Source: an uncultured bacterium
Lineage (GTDB): Bacteria > Armatimonadota > UBA5829
Direction of reading: 5' to 3'
Assembly (NCBI GenBank): GCA_963775535.1
Contig: CAVZJH010000055.1
Span: 86,311 to 150,310 of the forward strand
Length of the DNA stretch: 64,000 bases
Translations under genes and position numbers: made by a program
The notes under the pieces: generated by a model
Told to the model about the DNA's origin: nothing
Database searches by the model: none
What the model saw: the letters and a program-made list of their open reading frames with translations, nothing else
Shown: positions 39,971-48,519 of the stretch, piece after piece
Layout of the letters: each line of letters starts with the position of its first letter
How positions within the stretch are numbered: the first letter of the stretch is position 1

Positions 39971-42223
39971 GTGTTCGATGACATCGGAACCTCTCAGGCA
40001 ATGCATTTGTTGATTCCGCCTACGCTGGCACAGGTGCCGGATTTCACGAAGACTAACTGGTTTACCACTGATCCGATTACCCTGCCGCAGGGCACTCACA
40101 CGTACCACTTCGAGGCATCTGACGGATGGTTCGTTGTGAGATACCCATCACCACCGTCCGGTCCTATAACGGGAAGCGATTATACCGTCAGCGTGAGCTA
40201 CAAGCCCGTACTTTCGGCTGGTGGCGTCACCCCGGCGGTTGGAGCAATATCACAGGCGTTCAACTTCACCGTAACATATACGGATCAGGATGGAACGTCA
40301 GCCACGCCGCCTCACGTGTTTATGAGGATAATTCAGAACAGCAATCCGCCGGTCGAGCTTACACCTCGGGACATGACAACGACATCTACCAGCTCGAACT
40401 ATGCATCCGGTGTTGTATATCAATATACGTCCGATCCAACAAAGGACATATTCACACCAGGTACATATAATGTGATCTTCGAAGCGACTGATGAACTCGG
40501 TGAAGCAGCCGATCCATACCCGGGAGCTACGGATCCGCCGGTTAAGTTCACCTGCGGAAATTATACGAGTATCCCGGTTCTGACAAATCCTCAGGTTCTG
40601 GCAACTGGGACCAATCTACCTGAGGGCGATCTGAACTCGACGTTCACTTATCAAGTTACGTATTCGGACAGCGACGATCTTCCGCCGGTTTCCAACGGAC
40701 AGAAAGATGTCCTCAACGTGAGCATCTACAACCTGGATCTACCGGCTGCCCAGCAGTTGATACAGACACTTCCGATGACCAGGGTTACTACGGGCGCGGT
40801 GGACTACACGGCGGGAGTCGCTTACCATACGACTTCGACAATATCAGGTAAATCACTGCAGCCGGGACGGCACTCGTTTGTGATAACTGCATCCAACGGC
40901 ATTAATGCCGCGGTTCCGGTTACCGGAAGTGGACCAACACTGCTGCTTCCGTATTTCGACAACGTCAAATTGATTTCTGCTGACCTGACCAACGCAGGTG
41001 ACCTCGTTAAGGATCCTGCCGCAGCCACATCAGTGACAAATTCACTTGTAGGGGACAATGTGTTGCTCATCGGCAATCTAGAGTTCCCGGTGGGTACTAC
41101 GACAGCTCCGCCCTCGGAGGTCACGAACATTGTCGTTCAGGTGACAAAGCCGGATGGAACTTCTCTAAGTCTATCGGCTACGGGACAGTTGGCTACCGGA
41201 AGGACTTACTACCTGAATGTTAGTTACCCCACCGGCACCGACCCGGCATTGCAAACAGGCACGAGCTTGACTCTGTCTGCCAGCGGTACCTGGCAATTCG
41301 GAGTGTCGTGGGCAGGCGGATCCGGATGGGATAGCGCAACATTGAATCCCAATCTGAGCGCATCGGTCGGCGGTCCGATGCGCACGATGGCTGTTGCAGA
41401 TCCGACGAACCCTGCGACCAGCATTCCTGTTGTCGATATGGTTGCGCCTCCGAAGATCATGGGCTCGACCGACATAGGTCAGGTCTTCGGGTCGGATAAG
41501 GCAGTTAATATGCAGATTGTAAAGTGGGATCCGGCATCGAGCAGCTATATTCGCTACGGAAATGGTCCGTTCCCGGCGTGCAGCCCGGGAGATGCATTCT
41601 GGATAAAGCCGAACTCGACGTACGTCGCGACATACCCCGCGGTGGCAATCACGACCGACGAGATAAATGATGGGCTGTTGGCATCCGCCGATCCGCAGTT
41701 CCCTCTAGATGTTACGAAGGACTACAGGCTGATAAATGTCTTTGTCAAGGACTATACGAAGGATTCCACGGGAAAAGTCCTGCCGTGCACCATATCGTTG
41801 ACGACTGGCTGGAACCAGTTCGGTGATATCTTCTTCAATTGGAAGAAGGACGCCACGGGGGCCGACCTCATCCCAAAAGTGGATGTTGGAATCCCAATCA
41901 GCGAACTGAGTGTTGTCTACTTGAATCAGACCAAATCATTCGCTGATGCCGTGACTGCTAACTGGATACGCGGGTATGCGTGGCGCTACGATGCCAGCCA
42001 GAACAAGTACGTGGAAGTGAGCCCTACGGACGCTGGAGCAGAAACAGTGCTGTATGCTTGGAGCGGTTACTGGATAAGAGCATTCGTTAATTGTCAACTG
42101 ATCATTGATCCGAACACCACGTATAATGGTACAATGTCGGTCAAGGGTCTGGCTAGTGCGGTGAAGCCTGCGTCGGCAACATCTAATAGCAATATTGATT
42201 TGCCGCCTGCGGTTCCAAACTAG
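39971..42223 (+). CDS. giant surface protein, fragment 7 (C-terminal, carries the shared GW...GYW module)
   Basis: The frame shift near 39948 splits one repeat-A domain (ATFRATYQDAGGYPPSYHDG / IQGYVNVVFDDIGTSQAMHL…HTYHFEASDG). The C-terminus is TGWNQFGD … SFADAVTANWIRGYAWRYD … AWSGYWIRAF. Confidence 0.7.
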   Translation: MFDDIGTSQAMHLLIPPTLAQVPDFTKTNWFTTDPITLPQGTHTYHFEASDGWFVVRYPSPPSGPITGSDYTVSVSYKPVLSAGGVTPAVGAISQAFNFTVTYTDQDGTSATPPHVFMRIIQNSNPPVELTPRDMTTTSTSSNYASGVVYQYTSDPTKDIFTPGTYNVIFEATDELGEAADPYPGATDPPVKFTCGNYTSIPVLTNPQVLATGTNLPEGDLNSTFTYQVTYSDSDDLPPVSNGQKDVLNVSIYNLDLPAAQQLIQTLPMTRVTTGAVDYTAGVAYHTTSTISGKSLQPGRHSFVITASNGINAAVPVTGSGPTLLLPYFDNVKLISADLTNAGDLVKDPAAATSVTNSLVGDNVLLIGNLEFPVGTTTAPPSEVTNIVVQVTKPDGTSLSLSATGQLATGRTYYLNVSYPTGTDPALQTGTSLTLSASGTWQFGVSWAGGSGWDSATLNPNLSASVGGPMRTMAVADPTNPATSIPVVDMVAPPKIMGSTDIGQVFGSDKAVNMQIVKWDPASSSYIRYGNGPFPACSPGDAFWIKPNSTYVATYPAVAITTDEINDGLLASADPQFPLDVTKDYRLINVFVKDYTKDSTGKVLPCTISLTTGWNQFGDIFFNWKKDATGADLIPKVDVGIPISELSVVYLNQTKSFADAVTANWIRGYAWRYDASQNKYVEVSPTDAGAETVLYAWSGYWIRAFVNCQLIIDPNTTYNGTMSVKGLASAVKPASATSNSNIDLPPAVPN

Positions 42224-42240
42224 TGTTGAACGCAGAACCA

Positions 42241-42272
42241 GGCGCGGCTCGGGAATGGCCCCGAGCCGCGCC
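42241..42272 (+). terminator. strong GC-rich hairpin after the giant gene
   Basis: GGCGCGGCTCGGG-AATGG-CCCCGAGCCGCGCC has a 12-13-bp stem and starts 18 nt after the stop. No U-tract follows. Confidence 0.5.
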
Positions 42273-42314
42273 AAATATCACCAGTGTTGTAATGAACTTT
42301 GTGGAGGATTCACG

Positions 42315-43047
42315 ATGAATGGAAGAGGCTGCCCTTGGAAATGGCTTGCCTTATGTGTTGTGATTAGTATTGTCGCAGTGGGTACGGCGAATGCCGGACT
42401 CTTCGGACTGGGAAAGGGCAAGAAGCATGCAGGAAAGGCATCTCGATATTCGTTAGTGGTGTTTCCTTTCGACAATGGCACTGATACAACTGTGCCTGAC
42501 TCATACGGGGGCTATGTCGCGTCCGATGTGCGCACTATGCTGACCGGGAAATCAGAGTATATTCCATATCTTTATACGGATCGGCTGCCATCCGTTCAGA
42601 GGGCCAAGGAAGAGCAGTCCCTGAAACCGTCGGATGTTAATCCACCGTTTGCCGATGATAAGTTGAAGCCGCTCAAGATTGCGCAGGTCATTGGCAGCGA
42701 TTACTACCTTGTAGGATCGATAGAGGAGATAACCGTCGATACCGCCAAGAAAGTTGCGACGGTGACGCTGAAAGCAGATGTGTTCGATACAAGGAACGGA
42801 AGGCTGGTTCGGACTTGTCTTGTTTCCGGTCGCACGCCGGAGACGGTGAAAACGTCCGAAAGCGGAGGATCTCAGAGACATTGCGAAAGGCGCCGCTGTT
42901 ACCAGACTCATAGCGGAAATAACAGCAGATGAGTCGTCTTCGAGTGCAGACCCTGCAGTGAAGCCTGAAGATACAGCGGCAGCGGGTCAGACCCAGACCC
43001 CGGCTCCCGACAAGCCGCTTGCAAAAGCCGCCGCGCCGCAGAAATAG
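42315..43047 (+). CDS. secreted CsgG/LpoB-like-domain protein (one frame break near 42860)
   Basis: ATG at 42315, 6 nt after GGAGGA, then a signal peptide. YSLVVFPFDNGTDTT…GGYVASDVRTMLTG… resembles the N-domain of the 24873 gene product. After the shift it reads …EDLRDIAKGAAVTRLIAEI… to the stop at 43045-43047. Confidence 0.55.
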
Positions 43048-43072
43048 CTTCGGGTCCGATTATAGAGTAAGC

Positions 43073-43101
43073 AAAGGGACAGCCTAACAGACTGTCCCTT
43101 T
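43073..43101. terminator. bidirectional terminator-like hairpin between convergent genes
   Basis: AAAGGGACAG-CCTAACAGA-CTGTCCCTTT, with flanking A and T runs on either strand. Confidence 0.6.
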
Positions 43102-43134
43102 ATTATTCATCCGTCGTAAGCAATCGCCCGAGAA

Positions 43135-43875
43135 CTATTCGTAAGGCGCAACTTCCTCAAGTGGCAGGAAATGTCCGAATGTCGGGACAGTGGTATCCAG
43201 CGCAGCAGCCCATTTGATCCCATTGCTGATGACCCTGAGCACTTCCTCCTGGTAGAACGTGGGGTAAGTCTCGTGGCCGGGCTGGAAGTAGAAGATTTTG
43301 CCTCGGCTGCGGTGGAAACAGCAGCCCGTGCGGAAGACGTTTCCTCCGGCAAACCAACCGATCATAACCAGCTCATCCGGCTGCGGAATGTCAAACCGCT
43401 CGCCATACATCTCTTCATGCTCGATTCGAAGTACCTCCGGAAGACCCTCGGTTATTGGATGGGCGGGGTCGATCACAAAGATGCGTTCCTTCTTCGCCGA
43501 TCTCTCTCCACTTCAGATCGCATCCGGTGCCCATCAGTTTCCTGAATAACTTGGAATGATGGCCGGAGTGCAGCACCACAAGTCCCATGCCCTCGAGCAC
43601 TCTCGCGTGGACTTTATCGACGATGTCGTCTCTCACTTCACATGAGCCAAATGGCCCCACCAGGTCAATACATCGGTGTTTGCCAGCACTTCATCGGTCA
43701 AACCGTGGTCCGGTTGATCCATAGTCGCGGTGCGCACCTCAAGCCCCGGCTGCTTCTTCAGATAGTCGGCAATGGCAGTATGCATACCGTTGGGATAGAC
43801 CTGCTGCGGTTTGCCTCCCTCGATTTGCTCGTGCCTAAACTCGTTCCAGACAGTTACGCGTATGACGCTGCTCAT
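43135..43875 (-). CDS. ThuA-like (trehalose utilisation family) protein, two frame breaks
   Basis: The fragments 43633..43875, 43415..43660 and 43135..43476 read consecutively: [10 protein letters not shown]…WWGH / [30 protein letters not shown] / HPITEGLP…[15 protein letters not shown]…[11 protein letters not shown]. Confidence 0.8.
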
Positions 43876-44016
43876 ATATCCCTCTCATGTATCACATTGG
43901 GCGATCCGCGATTATTAGAATACCCAGTCGCCGTTCATTACTTAGCCTGGCCCGCTCCCAAGTCCTTCCGACATTCCTCCGCGATGCAATAATGTCGGCC
44001 TATGGCATGCATTTGA

Positions 44017-45086
44017 CTACAGATACTGCGTCTTGCCTTCTTTCTTCAGCTCTTCCAACAGATGCTTTATGTCTTGCGAACGCCCACTGGGCAGAACCAA
44101 TACCACGTCGCCTGAGTCGACAATCACCATGTTGTCAAGTCCGACCGTAGCAATCATGCACCCTTTGAATGTATCAGGCAGTTGTGAGTGTCCAGTCCGA
44201 CGTGATTGCCCACAACCACGTTGCCGTTCTCATCAGGTTCCATGATCTCCTGCAGCGATGCCCAACTGCCCAGATCGTTCCAGCCGATCGATGCGGGTAT
44301 CACGAATATACTTTTTGCATGCTCCAGGATCGCATAGTCTACCGAAATTCTGGGGAACGCGTCATAGATCTCTTCGAATACCTTGGTTTCCGCAGGCGTT
44401 CCAATTGCGCCATCGTAGCGTATGAGGAGCCTGTAAATGTCGGGCGCGTAGTCCCGATAAAGGCCGGTGATCGTCTTTGCGGACCAGATGAACATTCCGC
44501 TGTTCCAGACGTAGTGCCAGGACGATACATACTCCTCAGCCGTTCGAATATCCGGCTTCTCTTTGAAGCTAAGGACTTTGTGAACCTCGATGTCGTCCAC
44601 GCTGCGGTGCTCTTCCGCCATTTGGATATATCCATAGCCCGTGGCCGGCCCGGTCGGCTTGATTCCGATAGTTACAATGTTGGGTCCTTCAGACGCAATC
44701 AGTTCGCCGACCTCGAGGAGCCGGCGGAAGTGTTTTTCTTTGGAGATCACGTGATCGGCGGGAGTAACCAGAATGACTGCGTCCGGATCTTTCTTATTGA
44801 TCAGAGTAGCTATGATTCCAACCGCCGGCGCGGTGTCTTTGCCCATCGGTTCTCCCACGTAGTTTTCTTTCGGGAGCCACGGGAGCTGGTCCCTCACGCT
44901 CTGCTCGTGCGAACGATTTGCTATCACGTAGATGTTCTCATGCTCGACCATGGGTTCCAGGCGGCGAACAGTCTCCTGCAAGAGCGTGTTCTCGGAGTAG
45001 AGGTTCTGAAACTGCTTTGGTTTATCCTGGCGCGATTTGGGCCATAGTCGGGTCCCGGCCCCGCCCGCGATGATTGCTGCGTACAT
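44017..45086 (-). CDS. mannose-1-phosphate guanylyltransferase (nucleotidyl-transferase domain type), one frame break near 44155
   Basis: MYAAIIAGGAGTRLWPKSR… After …CLIHSKG the sense continues in another frame (MIATVGLDNMVIVDSGDVVLVLPSGRSQDIKHLLEELKKEGKTQYL*). Confidence 0.8.
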
Positions 45087-45324
45087 TTTTGTCCTCCAAG
45101 TTACTGCGGTCCCGCCAAACTACGGCGCCAAATGCCATTGATGTCGCCGGGCTGCAGGCGGTGCACAACCTGATTATATATTTGAGACCGCTCGAATTGT
45201 AACACTATCACCTGCTTTGTCAAGCCGTTCGGAGACGCGCGGATTTGACAGGGCCGGGCTGACTCCTGTATCCTTAAAAAAATATGTATACGTCCGAACC
45301 CCGTTATTGAGTTATACCCACAAG

Positions 45325-46596
45325 ATGAGGTTGTTAGTCAACAAATCTAAACTGTCAGGATCAGTGGAGATTCCAGGGTCCAAGTCGCACACCATTCGAG
45401 CTGTGGCTATTGCCTCGCTCGCCCAGGGCGCGTCTGTGATACGCAAGCCACTCGCAGCGCTGGACGCCATGGCAGCGGTGAGCGCTTTTCGCCTGCTGGG
45501 GGCTGAAATACTGGTCCCCGACGATTGGCTGGTGCGCGGCGTGGCAGGGCGACCGGGCGTTCCCGAGAATATCATTGATGTTGGGAACTCAGGAACAACG
45601 CTGTACATCGCTCTTGGAGCGGCTTGTCTCTCGTATGGCTGCGGTGTTTTTACCGGAGACGATCAGATCAGGCGAAGACCTGCACAGCCTCTTATCGAAG
45701 CGCTTAATAAACTCGGAGCAATGGTCGAATCGACTCGTGGCAACGGATTGGCCCCGATCATCGTGCGTGGACCGATGCGGGGTGGGTTCGTCAAGCTGGA
45801 CGGCAGCAAGACGTCACAGTATTTGACCAGCCTGCTCATCAACTGCCCTTTGGCTCAGGCAGACTCGACCATCGAGGTTGAAAACCTGATCGAGAAACCC
45901 TATGTTGAAATGACCCTGAAGTGGATGCGCGAGCAGGGAATCAAGGTCGAAAGCAGCGATTTCAGGCGTTTTGAGGTTCCGGGAGGGCAGTGTTACAGGC
46001 CATTCGACAGGAGCATTCCCGCGGATTTTAGCTCTGCTGCGTTCTTCCTTTGCGCGGCGGCGATAACCGGCGCCGACTTGACGCTGCTCGGGTTGGATAT
46101 GAACGACGTCCAGGGCGACAAGGCTGTGGTTAATGTGCTGGTCGAGATGGGCGCCCAAGTGGAACAATGCGAGGGTGGACTTCGTATAGTCGGTGGAAAG
46201 CTCAAGGGAGCTGAGTTTAACCTCAGCGACACCCCGGACGCGCTTCCTGCTCTCGCCGCAGCCGCCTGTTTTGCCGAGGGCGAGACGAGGCTGGTGAATG
46301 TCGGGCAGGCGCGGCTGAAGGAAACCGACCGCATTGCGGTAATGTGCGCAGAACTTGGCAAGATGGGCGCGGATATTCAGGAGTTGCCTGATGGACTCAT
46401 CATCAGAGGCAGTGATCTTCGACCGGCGATGGTTAACGGCCATTACGACCACCGTGTAATAATGGCTTTGGCGGTTGCGGGAATGTGCCTGGATGGTGAG
46501 ACGACAGTCTATTCGGCGGAAGCGCTTAACGTGACGTTTCCGACATTCGTCAATCTGATGAGCTCCGTAGGGGCTGATATGTGTATGAGTGATTAG
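45325..46596 (+). CDS. aroA: 3-phosphoshikimate 1-carboxyvinyltransferase
   Basis: I prefer the internal ATG at 45325 (MRLLVNKSKLSGSVEIPGSKSHTIRA). GNSGTTLY, RPAQPL, KTSQYLTSLL, RLKETDR and DHRVIMA are EPSP synthase motifs. Confidence 0.9.
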   Translation: MRLLVNKSKLSGSVEIPGSKSHTIRAVAIASLAQGASVIRKPLAALDAMAAVSAFRLLGAEILVPDDWLVRGVAGRPGVPENIIDVGNSGTTLYIALGAACLSYGCGVFTGDDQIRRRPAQPLIEALNKLGAMVESTRGNGLAPIIVRGPMRGGFVKLDGSKTSQYLTSLLINCPLAQADSTIEVENLIEKPYVEMTLKWMREQGIKVESSDFRRFEVPGGQCYRPFDRSIPADFSSAAFFLCAAAITGADLTLLGLDMNDVQGDKAVVNVLVEMGAQVEQCEGGLRIVGGKLKGAEFNLSDTPDALPALAAAACFAEGETRLVNVGQARLKETDRIAVMCAELGKMGADIQELPDGLIIRGSDLRPAMVNGHYDHRVIMALAVAGMCLDGETTVYSAEALNVTFPTFVNLMSSVGADMCMSD

Positions 46597-46617
46597 TCAT
46601 TTGGAGGTTGAGAAAGC

Positions 46618-47739
46618 TTGTTAGGCAACACGTTCGGAAGAATGTTCAGGGTGAGTGCGTGCGGTGAGTCCTACGGCGACGCCCTCGCGGCAATAATCGA
46701 TGGTTGTCCGGCTGGGATGGCCATTTCCGACGAGGAAGTGCAACAGGAGTTGGACGCCAGGCGTCCCGGCACCAGTCCCATAGACTCGCCTCGCCAGGAA
46801 ACGGATCAGGTCCACATCTTTGCGGGTGTGAGAGATGGTGTTACCACGGGTGCGCCGCTGGGGATGATAATCTACAACGTCGACAGGCACGACGTTCACG
46901 TAAAGCAGTATTACGACGTCAAGGATCTCATACGTCCGGGTCACGCTGAATACACCTACATGATAAAATACGGCAAGTTCGCTGACTGGTGCGGAGCGGG
47001 TAGGGCAAGCGGGCGCGAGACGTGCATGCGTGTGGCGGCGGGAGCGGTTGCAAAGAAGGTCCTGGCGCATCACGGCATCAAAGTGCTGGGCTATGTCAAG
47101 GAATGTGCCGGAGTCAGCGCCCGTGAACTGACCTTCGAGGAAGTGGAAGCCAATTACCGAACAAATATGATCAACTGTCCCGATGAAGAAGCGGCTAAGA
47201 AGATGATCGATCGTGTCCTTGAGATCAAGGACGAGGGAGATACAGCGGGCGGGATCGTCGAAGTTATAGCGCGCGGAGTCCCTGCCGGTCTGGGTGAGCC
47301 CGTTTTCGACAGGCTGAACGCGACCCTCGCTCACGCGATGATGAGTATAGGGGCGGTCAGAGGCGTCGAGTTCGGCGCAGGCTTCGGAGTGGCACGAATG
47401 AAGGGCTCCGAGTGCAACGATATCCCCTACACCGACGGAAAAACGGTTCGGTTCCACACTAACCGGGCGGGCGGAATCGAGGGCGGCATTTCCAACGGTG
47501 AGGACATTGTTATCAGGTTGGCTGTCAAACCTACTGCTACGATTTCCATAGACCAGCAGACCGTGAACATGGCCCAAATGAAGAACGAGAAGCTTGCTGC
47601 TATTACCCGAAGAGACCCGACTATCACCGCGAGGCTGGTTGCGGTTGCCGAAGCTATGGCTCGTGTGGCGATCCTGGATCACCTGATGATGTGGCGCGGC
47701 TACGACGCGGTACAGGATATCGAGCATTCGTGGAAGTGA
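46618..47739 (+). CDS. aroC: chorismate synthase
   Basis: TTG start. LGNTFGRMFRVSACGESYG, RPGHAEYTY, GRASGRET and NRAGGIEGGISNG match AroC throughout. Confidence 0.9.
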   Translation: MLGNTFGRMFRVSACGESYGDALAAIIDGCPAGMAISDEEVQQELDARRPGTSPIDSPRQETDQVHIFAGVRDGVTTGAPLGMIIYNVDRHDVHVKQYYDVKDLIRPGHAEYTYMIKYGKFADWCGAGRASGRETCMRVAAGAVAKKVLAHHGIKVLGYVKECAGVSARELTFEEVEANYRTNMINCPDEEAAKKMIDRVLEIKDEGDTAGGIVEVIARGVPAGLGEPVFDRLNATLAHAMMSIGAVRGVEFGAGFGVARMKGSECNDIPYTDGKTVRFHTNRAGGIEGGISNGEDIVIRLAVKPTATISIDQQTVNMAQMKNEKLAAITRRDPTITARLVAVAEAMARVAILDHLMMWRGYDAVQDIEHSWK

Positions 47740-47768
47740 ACAGCGGGGTGTAACCCAGAGATTTCAAC

Positions 47769-47798
47769 GCCTGCTGCCTGTATACCTCGGCAGCAGGC
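47769..47798 (+). terminator. terminator-like hairpin after aroC
   Basis: GCCTGCTGCC (47769-47778) pairs with GGCAGCAGGC (47789-47798). No clear U-tract. Confidence 0.4.
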
Positions 47799-47893
47799 AT
47801 AACGCCAATATTCAAGGTCCACCCACCTGGGACGCACGCGAGGGAATAAGACTCGCCGCTTAAGATGCGGCGGCAAACGGGTTGACGGGCCGA

Positions 47894-48010
47894 CTAGCTA
47901 GGCCAGTGCCATTCTCTGTAGACAGCCATAGCGTAGGACATTGGGACCATTACCACGATTCCTACAACCGTGGCTACTGCAACTACGATCAGGGTAAGAA
48001 ATCTTACCAT
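47894..48010 (-). CDS. 38-aa hydrophobic peptide, copy 1
   Basis: MVRFLTLIVVAVATVVGIVVMVPMSYAMAVYREWHWPS. GGAGGAG lies 7 nt upstream of the ATG. It is part of a ~320-bp tandem duplication. Confidence 0.5.
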   Translation of the reverse strand: MVRFLTLIVVAVATVVGIVVMVPMSYAMAVYREWHWPS

Positions 48011-48213
48011 GAGCGACTCCTCCAATTCACCGAAGCTAATGCACGAATGTGCCTGCGAGCGCATTCGTGTGCCCACTCGGTTATCCTGCCAGAATCAATG
48101 ATACTCTTGCAAGAACTGTACCATTCAGCATGGCGGCGAGTTCGTGTACATAATCCGAGTTCACTTCGCGTGCCGAGCGAAGCGAGTCGAAATGTCCCGT
48201 GCCGTCACGTCGA

Positions 48214-48330
48214 CTATCCCGCCCAGTGCCATTCTCTGTAGATGGCCAAAGCGTATGACATTGGGGCCATCGCTATGAGCCCTGCAAGGGTGACTACTGC
48301 AACTACGATCAGCGCTAAACTCCTAAACAT
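48214..48330 (-). CDS. 38-aa hydrophobic peptide, copy 2
   Basis: MFRSLALIVVAVVTLAGLIAMAPMSYALAIYREWHWAG. AAGGAG lies upstream. Length and C-terminal YREWHW are conserved with copy 1. Confidence 0.5.
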   Translation of the reverse strand: MFRSLALIVVAVVTLAGLIAMAPMSYALAIYREWHWAG

Positions 48331-48519
48331 AAGTGACTCCTTCACTGCAGCGAAGCTAATGCACGAATCTTCAGACGCTCCGCCTGTAAAACGATTCGTG
48401 TGCCCACCCGATAATCCTGCCAGGATTATATATACTCTTGCAAGAACTGTACCATTACGCAAGATAGCGGGGATCTGTATAGATAATCTGAGCTTGCTTC
48501 GTGTGAGTCGTCTCAATCC

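Noticed and set aside
44169-45047. 292-aa plus-strand ORF
   Set aside because: It is antisense to the mannose-1-phosphate guanylyltransferase gene.
46621-47727. 368-aa minus-strand ORF covering aroC
   Set aside because: It is a perfect antisense shadow of a fully conserved chorismate synthase gene and has no recognisable motifs.
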